64,000 bases of DNA from Spirochaetota bacterium (GTDB taxonomy: Bacteria > Spirochaetota > UBA4802 > JAFGJZ01). Every line of letters begins with the position of its first letter. Position 1 is the stretch's first letter. Below are positions 28,485-44,353 of the stretch, piece by piece. The stretch lies in the NCBI GenBank assembly GCA_016928815.1, contig JAFGJZ010000132.1:12947-76946 (forward strand), read 5' to 3'. The notes below the pieces were generated by a model. That model was not told the DNA's origin. It made no database searches and worked only from the letters and a program-made list of their open reading frames with translations. The position numbers and the translations under genes are program-made.

Positions 28485-28919
28485 ATGGCACCGAAAGTAA
28501 AGAAAGTGACGAAGCTGATAAAATTACAGATTCCCGGCGGTCAGGCGAATCCGGCTCCGCCAGTTGGTCCTGCTCTGGGTCAGCACGGACTTAACATCAT
28601 GGAATTCTGTAAATCGTTTAATGATAGAACTAAAGACAATATGGGACTGATTCTTCCAGTTGTTATTTCTGTTTACGAAGACAGAACATTCAGTTTTATA
28701 ATTAAGACTCCTCCGGCTGCAGTTTTAATTAAGAAAACTCTTAATTTGAAAAGCGGATCTGCTGAACCGAACAAAACAAAAGTTGGAAAAATCACAAGAA
28801 AGCAGCTTGAAGAGATCGCTACGACTAAAATGGTCGATTTAAATGCAAATGATCTTGATGCAGCTGTAAATATTATTGCCGGAACCGCCCGAAGCATGGG
28901 TGTTGAAGTAGAAAACTAA
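28485..28919 (+). CDS. rplK: 50S ribosomal protein L11
   Basis: [31 protein letters not shown]. Confidence 0.95.
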   Translation: MAPKVKKVTKLIKLQIPGGQANPAPPVGPALGQHGLNIMEFCKSFNDRTKDNMGLILPVVISVYEDRTFSFIIKTPPAAVLIKKTLNLKSGSAEPNKTKVGKITRKQLEEIATTKMVDLNANDLDAAVNIIAGTARSMGVEVEN

Positions 28920-28935
28920 ATTATAGAGGATTACG

Positions 28936-29616
28936 ATGAACCGTGGTAAAAAAATCATTAGTGCGAGACAAAAAGTCGACAAAACAAACCTCATGGCTCT
29001 TGATGAGGGAATAGCACTTATGAAAGAACTTAAGTTTGCCAAGTTTGATGAATCTGTAGAGATGGCTATAAAAGTTGTGCATAAAAGCTATCAAAACGTT
29101 CGAGGATTTGTAACTCTTCCTGCAGGAAACGGAAAAGATGTCCGTGTACTGGTAATTGCACAGGGTGCAAAACAGGATGAGGCAAAGGCAGCTGGAGCTG
29201 ATTTCGTTGGTGCTGATGAAATAATAGAGAAAATTCAGGGTGGATGGACAGATTTTGATGCTGTAGTAGCTACTCCTGACATGATGGCTAAAGTCGGTAA
29301 ATTGGGACCTGTTCTTGGAAGAAAAGGACTTATGCCGAAGCCGAAAGCCGGTACAGTAACAAATGATGTAAAAGGTATCATTTCTGAACTTAAAAGCGGA
29401 AAAATAGAATATCGTGCTGATAAAACAGGTGTAATACATCTTGGAATCGGTAAATCAACTTTTTCCGATACAGACCTTAAATCTAACATAGTTGCGGTAT
29501 ACTCTCAAGTGACTAAGGATAAACCGTCTGATGCAAAGGGAAATTTTATCAAATCTGTCAGCATTTGTACTACAATGGGACCCGGAATTAAACTTAATTA
29601 CAAGGGGATACTATAA
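28936..29616 (+). CDS. rplA: 50S ribosomal protein L1
   Basis: Conserved L1 sequence. The stop overlaps the rplJ ATG (TAATG). Confidence 0.95.
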   Translation: MNRGKKIISARQKVDKTNLMALDEGIALMKELKFAKFDESVEMAIKVVHKSYQNVRGFVTLPAGNGKDVRVLVIAQGAKQDEAKAAGADFVGADEIIEKIQGGWTDFDAVVATPDMMAKVGKLGPVLGRKGLMPKPKAGTVTNDVKGIISELKSGKIEYRADKTGVIHLGIGKSTFSDTDLKSNIVAVYSQVTKDKPSDAKGNFIKSVSICTTMGPGIKLNYKGIL

Positions 29617-30131
29617 TGGTTAAGCAATATAAAATAGATCAGGTTGATGAGATTGTTTCTACACTGAAAAACAATAAGAATTTCATACTTACTCACTATT
29701 CGGGCGTTAAAGTTGCGGCATTGACTGAGTTAAGAAGTGAAATCAGAAAATCAGGCGGAAAATACAAGGTTGTTAAGAATAATCTATTCAGAAAAGCTCT
29801 TAGCGACACCGGATATGCGCCTATAGATAATGACATTAAAGGACCTATCGGGGTGGTTTTTGCAGGAGAACAGATAGGTGAAGTTGCAAAAAAACTGAAA
29901 GATTTCAAAAAAGATCAGGAAGTTTTTGATTACTTTCTTGGTGTTATAGATGAAGTTATATATGATCAGTCAAGTCTGAATAAAATAGCGGATCTTCCAT
30001 CGAAGGAAGCTCTTCTTGCTCAGATTATGTCTATGATCAACGGTCCTGCAAGATCTATTGCTACAGGATCAAATCAGATAATCGCATCGCTTGCACGTGC
30101 AATAAATGCGGTTGCTGATAAAAACAAATAA
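29616..30131 (+). CDS. rplJ: 50S ribosomal protein L10
   Basis: L10 sequence and synteny. Confidence 0.9.
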   Translation: MVKQYKIDQVDEIVSTLKNNKNFILTHYSGVKVAALTELRSEIRKSGGKYKVVKNNLFRKALSDTGYAPIDNDIKGPIGVVFAGEQIGEVAKKLKDFKKDQEVFDYFLGVIDEVIYDQSSLNKIADLPSKEALLAQIMSMINGPARSIATGSNQIIASLARAINAVADKNK

Positions 30132-30269
30132 TTGTAAACTATTTTTATTTAGTTTAAATATAAAGAGAAAATAGCAAATTATAATATATTTGCAAATTAC
30201 TCTTATAGGTTTTTACAGCATAGACTGTATTAACTTGAAGAAATTCACTAAGTATAAGGAGTCATTAAA

Positions 30270-30650
30270 ATGGCAAAACTTTCTACTGAAGAGCTTTTGG
30301 AAGCATTAGGTTCTCTGACTTTGTTAGAGGCATCTGAGCTTGTAAAAGCAATGGAAGACAAATTCGGTATTTCCGCGGCTGCTCCTGTAGCTGTGGCTGC
30401 TGCAGGTGGCGGTGCTTCTGCTGAAGCTGCTGAAGAGCAGACTGAATTTGATGTAATTCTTGCGGATTTCGGAGCTAACAAAATCGGTGTTATCAAAGAA
30501 GTAAGAGCAATTACCGGTTTAGGTCTGAAAGAAGCAAAAGAGCTTGTTGAAGCAGGCGGAAAAGCTGTTAAGGAAAAAGTTTCTAAAGATGAAGCTAATA
30601 CTCTTAAAACCCAACTTGAAGCAGCTGGTGCAAAGGTTGAACTTAAATAA
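30270..30650 (+). CDS. rplL: 50S ribosomal protein L7/L12
   Basis: N-terminal dimerisation helix, Ala/Gly-rich hinge, C-terminal domain EVELK. Confidence 0.95.
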   Translation: MAKLSTEELLEALGSLTLLEASELVKAMEDKFGISAAAPVAVAAAGGGASAEAAEEQTEFDVILADFGANKIGVIKEVRAITGLGLKEAKELVEAGGKAVKEKVSKDEANTLKTQLEAAGAKVELK

Positions 30651-30678
30651 GAATTTTTGTTCAAATAGAGCTCCATAT

Positions 30679-30721
30679 AATAGGTTTGATTGTCTCAGAC
30701 GGTCAAACCTATTAGTTTTTT
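30679..30721 (+). terminator. intra-operon intrinsic terminator/attenuator between rplL and rpoB
   Basis: 11-bp stem aataggtttga / tcaaacctatt with a 13-nt loop, followed by TTTTTT. Confidence 0.6.
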
Positions 30722-30763
30722 AAGAATTTAATTTATTTATTATATAATATCCGGGGTTAAGAT

Positions 30764-34252
<3,489 letters not shown>

Positions 34253-34317
34253 ATAACTGGGGAATGAAAATTCCCCATCCTTTAATAAAATAAATTTTGA
34301 GGGATTAAGGAAATATA

Positions 34318-37300
34318 ATGAGAGATTTTAACGATTTCAATTCAATAAAAATACAACTGGCATCACCGGACATGATACGTGAATGGTCATACGGTGAAGT
34401 TAAGAAGCCTGAGACAATAAATTACAGAACATTGAAGCCGGAACGGGACGGTCTTTTCTGTGAAAAGATATTCGGTACTACCAAAGAGTGGGAATGTTAT
34501 TGCGGAAAATTCAAGTCAATCCGTTACAAAGGAGTTGTCTGTGACCGTTGCGGTGTCGAGGTAACCCACTATAAAGTCCGGCGTGAACGCGGAGGTCATA
34601 TTGAACTTGCGGCTCCTGTAGCTCATATCTGGTATTACAGATCCGTACCTTCAAGACTCGGACTGCTTCTTGACATGACAGTAAGTGATTTACGGAAAGT
34701 TCTTTACTATGAGAAATATATTGTAATTGATCCGGGTGAGGCGGAGGTTGAGAATATCAGCCGCGGAACAATCCTGGAGGAAGACGAATATTATGAACTG
34801 TATGAAAAATACGGCGACAGCTTCATTGCTGAAATGGGTGCATCTGCAATAAAGGAGCTTCTGATTGAACTGGATCTTGAAACAGCTTCAAGAAATCTGC
34901 GTGCCCATATTCTTGATCTGCAGACAAATGACAAAAATATTGATAAAAAACTCATTAAACGGCTGGAAGTAATAGAAGCATTCCGTGATTCAAGAAACAG
35001 ACCCGAATGGATGATACTTGATGCAGTTCCGGTAATACCGCCTGAACTTAGACCAATGGTTCAGCTTGACGGAGGAAGATTTGCAACGTCGGATCTCAAT
35101 GATCTTTACCGCCGTGTTATTAATCGTAATAACAGGTTAAAGCGCCTTCTTGCTCTTAGAGCTCCGGATATCATCGTCAAAAATGAAAAACGTATGCTTC
35201 AGGAAGCTGTTGACGCCCTTTTTGACAACAGCAGACGCAAGCGTGCGGTTAAGGGCAAAGGAAACAGGCCTCTGAAATCCTTAAGTGATTTGCTTAAAGG
35301 AAAACAGGGACGTTTCAGACAGAATCTTCTTGGGAAACGGGTTGATTATTCCGGACGTTCGGTAATTGTAATAGGACCGGAACTTAAATTATATCAGTGC
35401 GGTCTTCCTAAAAAAATGGCGGTTGAGCTTTTCAAGCCTTTTATTATGAGGCGTCTTGTAGACAAAGATTTTGTTCAGAATATAAAATCAGCAAAAAGAA
35501 TGGTTGAAAATGAAAGACCTGAGGTTTGGGAAGTTCTTGAGGAAGTTATATCTGAACATCCTGTTCTTCTTAACCGTGCTCCGACTCTTCACAGACTTGG
35601 AATTCAGGCTTTTGAACCGGTTCTTGTTGAAGGAAAGGCCATTAAACTGCATCCGCTGGTGTGTCAGGCATATAATGCGGATTTTGACGGTGACCAGATG
35701 GCGGTACACGTTCCATTAAGTCCACGGGCTCAATTGGAGTGCTGGACTCTGATGCTTTCCGCAAATAACCTTCTCTCTCCAGCAAACGGGGAGCCGATAG
35801 TTACTCCATCCCAGGATATCGTTCTCGGTATATATTATCTTACTGCGGAACTGAAAGGTGCTGTCGGAGAAGGGAAATTTTTTGATGACATCATGGATGT
35901 GGAGCGTGCGGTTGATTATGGCCAGATTCAGATCCGTGCAAAAATCAAATTTCTTCAGGATAACGAATTTGTAGAAACAACAGCCGGTAGACTTATTTTC
36001 AACAGTATTCTTCCCAAACCGTTCAATTATGTTAATTACACTATTGGCAAAAAGGAACTTGGAAAAATTATTGCTGAAATTTTCGCAAAATTCGGCGCAA
36101 AAGAAACAGTTAAGGCGCTTGATGATATTAAGGAACTTGGTTATAAATACGGAACATATTTCGCTCCGACAATATCGACATCAGATATTATAATTCCTGC
36201 GGAAAAGACATCAATTATTTCAGCTGCAAACAAGGAAGTTGAAAAAATTGAAAATGAAAAACGTCATGGAACACGTTCTGAACAGGAAAGATTTAACCTT
36301 GTTGTCAACAAATGGACAAAGGTAATTGACCAGATTACTGAAGTAATGATGGAAAATTTTAAAAACGATGCAAACGGATTCAATAACATATACGTAATGG
36401 CGCAGTCAGGAGCACGGGGAAGCAGCCAGCAGATTAAGCAGCTTGCCGGTATGCGCGGACTGATGGCTAAACCAAGTGGTGAAATTATTGATGTACCTAT
36501 CCGTTCGAACTTTAAGGAAGGATTGAACGTACTTGAGTATTTCATTTCTACAAACGGTGCGAGAAAGGGACTTGCCGATACTGCTTTAAAAACAGCGGAT
36601 GCTGGATATCTCACCAGACGTCTTGTAGATATTTCACAGGACGTTGTTATCCGTGAAATCGACTGTGGAACGACAGTTGGTATTGACATAAGTGCTATTA
36701 AGGAAGGCGATGAAGTTATTGAGTCAATCGGTGCGCGTGTAATCGGAAGAACTCTTCTGTATGATCTGTACCATCCTATTACTAATGATCTTATTGCTCC
36801 GGCAGATTCAATTGTAAACGAGGAAATTGCACAGAAGATTAATGAACTTGATTATGATACCATTGAAATACGTTCCGTTCTGACATGTGAATCCAGATAC
36901 GGTGTTTGTGCTAAATGTTACGGACGTAATCTTGCAACATCCAAACCGGTAAATATCGGTGAAGCTGTGGGTATTATTGCAGCTCAGTCAATCGGACAGC
37001 CTGGAACACAGCTTACAATGCGTACATTCCATATCGGAGGTATTGCGACAGGTTCTGTAAACGAAAGTGAAATCCGTTTCAGTTACCCTGTTTACGTTAA
37101 GAGTCATACTTTTAAAACAATTGAAACTGATGATCTGTCTGTTATTTCCGTCAGACGCGGATTTCTTGAAGTACGCCGCGTAGTACAGGATGTAAAAATA
37201 AAAGATGCTGACAGCATCATGTTTAAGGATAATGACAAGGTTTATGCAGGACAGCGTCTTGTAGAATCCAAAGGTGAGGACGTTCTCGCTAAAGGTTCCG

Positions 37301-38628
37301 GACATGTGATGCTTTTCAAAAACAAGCTTGTTATTCTCGGGGATGTTTATGCGGTTCCTGTTAACGTAGGATCTAAAATTCTCTGTGAGCCTAAAAATTT
37401 CTATGACAGAAATGAAGTGCTTGTAGAATTTGACCCTATGACGGAGCTCATTGTTACTGAAATTGACGGTGAAGTTGAATATATTGACATTGAGAAAAAC
37501 AAGAGCATGATTGTTGAAGTTGATCCGGTTCACAAGAACTCAAGAAAGATTATTGTTGAGTACAAAACGGAAAAACTTCAGCCGAAAATCAATATAATAG
37601 GCAAAAAAGAGGAATCTATAAGTTATCTCCTTCCTAAAGGAGCAATCCTTACACAGGATGATAAAACAAGGGTAACTGCCGGTACAATTATAGCGGTTAT
37701 TCCTAAGGAAGCTGAAAAAACGAAAGATATTACCGGTGGTCTTCCGCGTGTTGCCGAATTATTTGAAGCCCGTGTTCCGAAAGATAAGGCAACTCTTGCG
37801 GAAATAGATGGAAATGTCACTATCGGTGATACTGTTAAGACAAAACGAAAAATCAAGATTGAAAATGAAAATGAAGTTACTGAATATTCAATACCTTCTG
37901 TTAAGTTTTTAAGGGTTCAGGACGGTGATATTATCCGTAAAGGTGAAAAAATCGATGACGGTCCTATCGATCCTCATGATATTCTTAAAATTAAAGGAAG
38001 AAGAGAACTTCAGAAGTTCCTAGTAAATGAGGTTCAGGAAGTTTACCGTCTTCAGGGTGTTGATATAAATGATAAGCACATTGAAGTTATTGTAAGACAG
38101 ATGCTTCGTAAAGTCAGAATTACAGATCCTGGCGATACTTCATTTGTAATTGAACAGGTTGTAGATACTTTTGACTTTCAGGATGAGAACAAGCGTGTTG
38201 TTGAAGAAGGCGGAAATCCTGCTTCTGCGGAACCGGTTCTTATGGGTATTACAAAGGCTTCTCTGAATACTGAAAGTTTTATCTCTGCAGCATCATTCCA
38301 GGAGACAACTAGAGTTCTTACTGATGCGGCGATTAAAGGTAAAATCGACAATCTGCGCGGTCTGAAAGAGAATGTTATCATCGGTCATCTGATTCCGGCA
38401 GGAACAGGAATGCCTGATTATAAAAACATTGAGGTTTTCCGGAATGAAATCGGTGACCTTGAGCCGGAGGAAGAGGAACTGCCTTCTGATGTAATTGTTC
38501 CCGAACCGGTGCTTTCACTTGATGATAATGATGATGATGACGACGACGATGACGATGATGATCTTGCGGTAGCAGATAAAACCAAAAGAAAAGAAAAAGA
38601 TCTTGATCCGGACGAGGATGATGATTAA
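34318..38628 (+). CDS. rpoC: DNA-directed RNA polymerase subunit beta' with poly-Asp C-terminal tail
   Basis: 1436 aa. Zn finger [20 protein letters not shown]. Catalytic NADFDGD. The C-terminal residues [14 protein letters not shown] are encoded by a (GAT/GAC)n run at 38521..38562. Confidence 0.97.
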   Translation: MRDFNDFNSIKIQLASPDMIREWSYGEVKKPETINYRTLKPERDGLFCEKIFGTTKEWECYCGKFKSIRYKGVVCDRCGVEVTHYKVRRERGGHIELAAPVAHIWYYRSVPSRLGLLLDMTVSDLRKVLYYEKYIVIDPGEAEVENISRGTILEEDEYYELYEKYGDSFIAEMGASAIKELLIELDLETASRNLRAHILDLQTNDKNIDKKLIKRLEVIEAFRDSRNRPEWMILDAVPVIPPELRPMVQLDGGRFATSDLNDLYRRVINRNNRLKRLLALRAPDIIVKNEKRMLQEAVDALFDNSRRKRAVKGKGNRPLKSLSDLLKGKQGRFRQNLLGKRVDYSGRSVIVIGPELKLYQCGLPKKMAVELFKPFIMRRLVDKDFVQNIKSAKRMVENERPEVWEVLEEVISEHPVLLNRAPTLHRLGIQAFEPVLVEGKAIKLHPLVCQAYNADFDGDQMAVHVPLSPRAQLECWTLMLSANNLLSPANGEPIVTPSQDIVLGIYYLTAELKGAVGEGKFFDDIMDVERAVDYGQIQIRAKIKFLQDNEFVETTAGRLIFNSILPKPFNYVNYTIGKKELGKIIAEIFAKFGAKETVKALDDIKELGYKYGTYFAPTISTSDIIIPAEKTSIISAANKEVEKIENEKRHGTRSEQERFNLVVNKWTKVIDQITEVMMENFKNDANGFNNIYVMAQSGARGSSQQIKQLAGMRGLMAKPSGEIIDVPIRSNFKEGLNVLEYFISTNGARKGLADTALKTADAGYLTRRLVDISQDVVIREIDCGTTVGIDISAIKEGDEVIESIGARVIGRTLLYDLYHPITNDLIAPADSIVNEEIAQKINELDYDTIEIRSVLTCESRYGVCAKCYGRNLATSKPVNIGEAVGIIAAQSIGQPGTQLTMRTFHIGGIATGSVNESEIRFSYPVYVKSHTFKTIETDDLSVISVRRGFLEVRRVVQDVKIKDADSIMFKDNDKVYAGQRLVESKGEDVLAKGSGHVMLFKNKLVILGDVYAVPVNVGSKILCEPKNFYDRNEVLVEFDPMTELIVTEIDGEVEYIDIEKNKSMIVEVDPVHKNSRKIIVEYKTEKLQPKINIIGKKEESISYLLPKGAILTQDDKTRVTAGTIIAVIPKEAEKTKDITGGLPRVAELFEARVPKDKATLAEIDGNVTIGDTVKTKRKIKIENENEVTEYSIPSVKFLRVQDGDIIRKGEKIDDGPIDPHDILKIKGRRELQKFLVNEVQEVYRLQGVDINDKHIEVIVRQMLRKVRITDPGDTSFVIEQVVDTFDFQDENKRVVEEGGNPASAEPVLMGITKASLNTESFISAASFQETTRVLTDAAIKGKIDNLRGLKENVIIGHLIPAGTGMPDYKNIEVFRNEIGDLEPEEEELPSDVIVPEPVLSLDDNDDDDDDDDDDDLAVADKTKRKEKDLDPDEDDD

Positions 38629-38652
38629 TTTTTTCTAATACCAAATAATTTC

Positions 38653-38681
38653 TTGACAAAAAATCGGTACAGTAGGATACA
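38653..38681 (+). promoter_or_regulatory. putative promoter of rpsL-rpsG-fusA-tuf, overlapped by a perfect palindrome
   Basis: TTGACA at 38653..38658 and a GATACA -10-like hexamer after a 17-nt spacer. The 11-bp perfect inverted repeat ggtacagtagg-N7-cctactgtacc (38666..38694) spans the spacer and the -10. Confidence 0.35.
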
Positions 38682-38729
38682 GACCTACTGTACCATTAAA
38701 AAAGCTAAATTACGTTATAGGGGAAATAG

Positions 38730-39104
38730 ATGCCAACGATTAACCAGTTAATAAGAAATGGAAGAAAAGATAAAGTACGGAAATCAAAATCACCTGCTTT
38801 GAAATCCTGTCCTCAGAAAAGAGGTGTTTGTACAAGGGTTATGACAGTTACGCCGAAAAAACCGAACTCTGCTTTGCGTAAAGTTGCAAGGGTAAGATTG
38901 ACAAACGGTATTGAGGTTACTGCATATATTCCTGGTATCGGACATAATCTTCAGGAACACAGTGCTGTTCTTGTAAGAGGCGGCAGGGTAAAAGATTTAC
39001 CGGGTGTAAGATATCACATTGTCAGAGGTGCGCTTGATACTCTCGGTGTTGATGGAAGAAAAAAAAGCAGATCCAAATACGGTACAAAGCGACCAAAAGC
39101 ATAA
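38730..39104 (+). CDS. rpsL: 30S ribosomal protein S12
   Basis: [13 protein letters not shown]...[19 protein letters not shown]. Confidence 0.97.
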   Translation: MPTINQLIRNGRKDKVRKSKSPALKSCPQKRGVCTRVMTVTPKKPNSALRKVARVRLTNGIEVTAYIPGIGHNLQEHSAVLVRGGRVKDLPGVRYHIVRGALDTLGVDGRKKSRSKYGTKRPKA

Positions 39105-39115
39105 TTATTTATTAA

Positions 39116-39598
<483 letters not shown>

Positions 39599-39625
39599 TA
39601 TAGGATAAACTGCAGTTTATAATTT

Positions 39626-39651
39626 ACCAGGGATAAATCCCTGGTTTTTTA
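39626..39651 (+). terminator. intrinsic terminator/attenuator hairpin between rpsG and fusA
   Basis: 8-bp stem accaggga / tccctggt with loop taaa, followed by TTTTTT. Confidence 0.5.
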
Positions 39652-39678
39652 TTCTTTGACCTTGGAGTATTAATTTTA

Positions 39679-41766
39679 ATGGGAAGGGATTTACCGTTAC
39701 ATCGTACGAGAAACATAGGCATAATGGCGCACATTGATGCCGGTAAAACTACGCTTACAGAACGTATTCTGTTTTATACGGGTAAAACGCATAAAATAGG
39801 AGAAGTCCATGACGGAAATACGGAAATGGACTGGATGGTTCAGGAACGCGAAAGGGGCATTACTATTACGGCTGCTGCTACTACATGTTCCTGGAAAAAT
39901 ACCAGAATAAATATCATAGATACTCCCGGTCATGTTGATTTTACAGTTGAAGTTGAGCGAAGTTTAAGAGTTCTCGATTCGGCTGTAGCTGTTTTTGACG
40001 GTGTTGCGGGAGTCGAACCTCAGTCAGAAACAGTATGGCACCAGGCAGACCGCTACCATATACCGAGAATCTGTTTTGTAAACAAAATGGACCGTATCGG
40101 TGCCGACTTCGAAAGATGCGTTCAGATGATAAAGGATAAATTATTTGCCACACCTCTTCCGTTACAGATTCCTGTAGGAAAAGAAAGTAATTTTACCGGC
40201 ATGATTGACCTTATTGCGATGAAAATGGTGGTAAACTCCGGCGATCATGGAGAAAATGTAGAAATTAAGGATATTCCATCAGAATATATCGAAGAAGCTG
40301 AGGTTTACCGCGAGAACATGATGGAGATTATTACTGAATATGATGATGATTTGATGGTGAAATACCTGGAAGGGGAAATGCCGGATGAAGAGCAGATTGA
40401 AAATGCCGTTAGAAAGGCAGTTCTTTCGATAAAGGTATTCCCGGTTTTCTGCGGCACAGCTCTTAAGAACAAGGGGGTTCAGTCAGTTTTGGATGCCATT
40501 GTAAAATTTCTCCCCTCTCCGAAAGATATTAAGCCTGTAGAAGGTCATAATGTTCAGAATCATGAGTTGATAGAAAAGAGAGAACCTTCTGATAAAGAAC
40601 CATTTTCAGCATTGGTGTTTAAGATAATGTCGGATCCGTTTGTCGGTAAACTGACATATGCCAGAATATATTCCGGTGTACTTGTTTCCGGAGAGCAGGT
40701 TCTGAATGTCAATGCGGATAAAAAGGAACGCATCGGAAGAATGTTAAGAATGCATGCAAATGAGCGTGAAGAATTGAAAGAGTCATATACGGGAGAAATA
40801 ATTGCCATAGTAGGAATGAAGTCGGCACGTACCGGAGACACTCTTACTGATTCGGAACACCCGCTGCTTCTTGAAAAAATGACATTCCCCGAGCCGGTTG
40901 TATCTGTTGCTATTGAACCTAAAACCAAGGCTGATAATGATAAATTAGTTGCATCTCTTGAGAGACTTGCTGATGAAGATCCGACTTTTCTTTTCAGAAA
41001 TGATGAAGAAACCGGACAAAAGATTATTGAAGGCATGGGTGAGCTTCATCTTGAGATAATAATTGACAGACTTGTCCGTGAATTTAACGTAAATGCAAAT
41101 ATCGGCAAGCCGCAGGTTACATATAAAGAAACCATCCGTTCCCAGGCTGAATATGAAAAACACTATGAAAATATAATAAACGGTAAAAACCTGAAAGCAT
41201 CGGTTAAAATTGCAGTTTCATCCTGTAAATCAGGAACCGGTGTTTCAATCGAAAACAGACTTGATCCGGCAGTATTTCCGGCGTCATACTGTACTCATAT
41301 TGAAGCCGGAATTGAAGACTCGCTGCAGGCAGGCGTTCTGGCCGGATATAAAGTTGATGATGTGAAAATTACCGTTGTTTCAGCACAGCATTATGATAAT
41401 GATTCAAGCGATCTTGTATTCAGAATTGCAGCAAATATGGCTTTGAAAGAAGCCTGCAGAAATGCTGAACCTGCATTGCTTGAGCCTATTATGAGACTTG
41501 AGATCGTGTGTCCGGATGAATATACCGGTGATGTTATAAATGATGTAAATTCCCGTACAGGACGCATTGATTCTATAGATATGCAGGGCATGCTGAAGCT
41601 GATAAAGGCATATGTTCCGCTTTCTGCGATGTTCGGTTATGCAACAGCTGTAAGGTCGCTTTCGCAGGGCAGGGCTTCCCATACTTTGCAGTTTGAAAAG
41701 TATGAAGTTGTTCCGGAAAACAAGGCTAAGGCCATAATTGACCGGATTATGGGCAGAATTTACTAG
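39679..41766 (+). CDS. fusA: elongation factor G
   Basis: N-terminal GTPase AHIDAGKTT. Length and domain order of EF-G. Confidence 0.97.
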   Translation: MGRDLPLHRTRNIGIMAHIDAGKTTLTERILFYTGKTHKIGEVHDGNTEMDWMVQERERGITITAAATTCSWKNTRINIIDTPGHVDFTVEVERSLRVLDSAVAVFDGVAGVEPQSETVWHQADRYHIPRICFVNKMDRIGADFERCVQMIKDKLFATPLPLQIPVGKESNFTGMIDLIAMKMVVNSGDHGENVEIKDIPSEYIEEAEVYRENMMEIITEYDDDLMVKYLEGEMPDEEQIENAVRKAVLSIKVFPVFCGTALKNKGVQSVLDAIVKFLPSPKDIKPVEGHNVQNHELIEKREPSDKEPFSALVFKIMSDPFVGKLTYARIYSGVLVSGEQVLNVNADKKERIGRMLRMHANEREELKESYTGEIIAIVGMKSARTGDTLTDSEHPLLLEKMTFPEPVVSVAIEPKTKADNDKLVASLERLADEDPTFLFRNDEETGQKIIEGMGELHLEIIIDRLVREFNVNANIGKPQVTYKETIRSQAEYEKHYENIINGKNLKASVKIAVSSCKSGTGVSIENRLDPAVFPASYCTHIEAGIEDSLQAGVLAGYKVDDVKITVVSAQHYDNDSSDLVFRIAANMALKEACRNAEPALLEPIMRLEIVCPDEYTGDVINDVNSRTGRIDSIDMQGMLKLIKAYVPLSAMFGYATAVRSLSQGRASHTLQFEKYEVVPENKAKAIIDRIMGRIY

Positions 41767-41802
41767 ATTTACAAAATTAATCATAAAATTAATATTAATT
41801 TC

Positions 41803-41831
41803 TTGACAGTGAAACCATATATTTTTTTAAT
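41803..41831 (+). promoter_or_regulatory. putative internal promoter for tuf
   Basis: aatttcTTGACA, a 17-nt spacer, then TTTAAT. Lies in the 264-nt fusA-tuf spacer. The -35 context is identical to the rpsL promoter. Confidence 0.35.
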
Positions 41832-42030
41832 TTTTACACTTGTCGCAAAGTATTAGATGGCGTGTAATATTATTAAATAATATAAGAGAATACTGAGTTT
41901 TTAAGCGTAATTGTTCTCTTGCGGGTGCGTAGATTGATAAATACGGCATAATCTATCTTAAATTATGTAAGTCCGTAATTTAAATAGTATCCGCGGCTTT
42001 GCAGAAAGTAAAATAATTAAGGAGTATAAA

Positions 42031-43248
42031 ATGGCAAAGGTAAAATTCGACAGATCGAAACCGCACATGAATGTCGGTACAATTGGTCATATTGACCATG
42101 GTAAAACAACTCTTACTGCAGCAATTACTGCAAGTATGGCAGTACAATTTGGTGGAAACAATAAAGCTGTTGCATTTGCAAATATTGACAACGCTCCGGA
42201 AGAAAGAGAACGCGGTATTACAATCGCTACTTCTCACCAGGAATACGAAACTGACGTAAGACATTACGCTCACGTTGACTGTCCGGGTCACGCGGATTAT
42301 GTTAAGAACATGATCACCGGTGCTGCTCAGATGGATGCGGCGATTCTTGTTGTTGCAGCTACTGATGGCCCTATGCCTCAGACTAAGGAGCACGTTCTTC
42401 TTGCACATCAGGTAAATGTACCTTACATGGTTGTTTTCCTTAACAAAATCGACATGCTTGATGCAGCTGAAAGAGATGAAATGACAGAGCTTGTTGAGAT
42501 GGAAATCCGTGAGCTTCTTACAAAAAATGATTTTCCGGGAGATGAAGTTCCTGTACTTAAGGGTTCAGCATTAAAAGCTCTTGACGATGCAGTTGCCGGA
42601 AATAAGGATTCCGAGTGGGTTCAGGGAATAGTTAAACTTATCAAGACTATTGATGAGTATGTTCCACAGCCTCAGCGTGCAACTGACAAGCCTTTCCTGA
42701 TGCCGATAGAGGACGTATTCTCTATTACAGGACGTGGTACTGTTGTAACAGGAAGAATTGAAGCAGGTGCTGTTCACACAAATGATGAAGTTGAAATTAT
42801 CGGTTTTAAAGAAACCAGAAAATCTGTTTGTACAGGTGTTGAGATGTTCAGAAAGCTTCTTGATGAAGGTATGGCTGGAGATAATATCGGTGCACTGTTA
42901 AGAGGTGTTGCTAAAGACGAGGTTGAGCGTGGACAGGTTCTTGCTAAACCGGGTTCTATCACTCCTCATACTAAATTCGAGTGTGAAGTTTATGTTCTTT
43001 CTAAAGATGAAGGCGGAAGACACACTCCTTTCTTCGGAAACTACAGACCGCAGTTTTATTTCAGAACAACAGATGTAACAGGTGTTATTGAATTACCAGC
43101 AGGAGTTGAAATGGTAATGCCGGGTGATAACATTAAAATGGTTGTTGAACTGATTACTCCAATAGCAATGCAGGAAACTCTCCGTTTTGCAATCAGAGAG
43201 GGTGGACGAACTGTTGGTGCCGGAGTTGTTACAAAAATTATTCAATAA
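42031..43248 (+). CDS. tuf: elongation factor Tu
   Basis: [23 protein letters not shown] and NKID motifs. 405 aa. Confidence 0.98.
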   Translation: MAKVKFDRSKPHMNVGTIGHIDHGKTTLTAAITASMAVQFGGNNKAVAFANIDNAPEERERGITIATSHQEYETDVRHYAHVDCPGHADYVKNMITGAAQMDAAILVVAATDGPMPQTKEHVLLAHQVNVPYMVVFLNKIDMLDAAERDEMTELVEMEIRELLTKNDFPGDEVPVLKGSALKALDDAVAGNKDSEWVQGIVKLIKTIDEYVPQPQRATDKPFLMPIEDVFSITGRGTVVTGRIEAGAVHTNDEVEIIGFKETRKSVCTGVEMFRKLLDEGMAGDNIGALLRGVAKDEVERGQVLAKPGSITPHTKFECEVYVLSKDEGGRHTPFFGNYRPQFYFRTTDVTGVIELPAGVEMVMPGDNIKMVVELITPIAMQETLRFAIREGGRTVGAGVVTKIIQ

Positions 43249-43324
43249 TTTTAAAAAAAGCTTGATTAATAATGACCGTTTTATAGTGTTGTCAAGCCTT
43301 CGGAATGAAGGTTTGACAACAAAA

Positions 43325-43360
43325 AAAGCCCAATAATTAGACTTTGGGCTTTTTCTTTCG
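43325..43360 (+). terminator. rho-independent terminator of tuf
   Basis: 9-bp stem aaagcccaa / ttgggcttt with a 10-nt loop, followed by TTTCTTT. Confidence 0.6.
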
Positions 43361-43387
43361 AAAAAATGAGAAAAATGAGGGAATAAC

Positions 43388-43705
43388 GTGGCAAAGCTCG
43401 CGGGACAAAGTATTAGAGTAAAATTGAAGTCGTTTGATGCTAAATTATTAGATCAATCTGCTGCTAAGATAGTTGCAACTACTAACAGAAGTGGTGCAAA
43501 AGTTGCTGGTCCGGTACCTCTACCGACCAAGATAGAGAAATTTTGTGTATTGAGATCGCCGCATGTAAATAAGACGGCTCGTGAACAATTTGAAATACGA
43601 ACTCATAAAAGATTGATAGATATTCTGAATCCGAATTCAGATACAGTTGAAGCATTGATGAAACTTGAACTTCCGGCTGGTGTGTCGGTTGATATTAAAT
43701 CGTAA
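43388..43705 (+). CDS. rpsJ: 30S ribosomal protein S10 (GTG start)
   Basis: [21 protein letters not shown]...GPVPLPTK. Confidence 0.95.
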   Translation: MAKLAGQSIRVKLKSFDAKLLDQSAAKIVATTNRSGAKVAGPVPLPTKIEKFCVLRSPHVNKTAREQFEIRTHKRLIDILNPNSDTVEALMKLELPAGVSVDIKS

Positions 43706-43727
43706 GGTATTTATTTAGGATAATAAG

Positions 43728-44345
43728 ATGAAAAAGACACTGATTGGTAAAAAAATAGGAATGACTCAGGTATATAATGAATCAGGTAAGCTCATACCGG
43801 TTACTGCAATTGAGCTTGGTCCTAATGTTGTTGTTCAGAAAAAGACCGTTGAAAAGGATGGTTATGGAGCTTTGAAACTTGGTTTTGTTGATGCCAAGGA
43901 AAAGCATCTTGCTAAACCAATCAAGGATGATTTGGTGAAAAAAGGTCTTCCGTTAAAAAGAGTTTTCAGAGAAGTAGAAGTTTTTGACGAATCTTTACAG
44001 GTCGGTTCTGAGATAGGTTGTGATATTTTTGCAGAAAATGACAGTGTCAATATAATCGGTACTTCGAAAGGTAAAGGATTTGCCGGTGTTATTAAGCGGC
44101 ATGGTTTCGGCGGAGGTAGAGCTACTCATGGTTCTACATTTCATAGAGCGCCCGGATCTATTGGTGCATGTGCATATCCGGGAGAAGTCTGGAAAGGTCA
44201 GAGAATGCCTGGTAGAATGGGTACTGACAGAGTTACTGTTAAAAATCTCAAGGTCGTTAAGGTTCTTAAAGATAAAAATATAGTTTTAATTTCCGGAGCA
44301 GTACCCGGAAGAAAAGATTCTTTAGTTATTGTTAAAGAAAGTTAA
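43728..44345 (+). CDS. rplC: 50S ribosomal protein L3
   Basis: LIGKKIGMTQVY... Confidence 0.95.
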   Translation: MKKTLIGKKIGMTQVYNESGKLIPVTAIELGPNVVVQKKTVEKDGYGALKLGFVDAKEKHLAKPIKDDLVKKGLPLKRVFREVEVFDESLQVGSEIGCDIFAENDSVNIIGTSKGKGFAGVIKRHGFGGGRATHGSTFHRAPGSIGACAYPGEVWKGQRMPGRMGTDRVTVKNLKVVKVLKDKNIVLISGAVPGRKDSLVIVKES

Positions 44346-44353
44346 GATATAAG

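Noticed and set aside
38666-38694. Considered the rpsL-upstream palindrome as the rpoC terminator.
   Set aside because: It is followed by an A-tract rather than a U-tract on the + strand, and it overlaps a TTGACA/-10 arrangement. It is reported as an operator-like element instead.
44080-44283. Alternate-frame ORFs inside ribosomal protein genes (for example 44080..44283, 49059..49286, 51168..51395).
   Set aside because: They are embedded in conserved ribosomal protein CDSs with no independent support.
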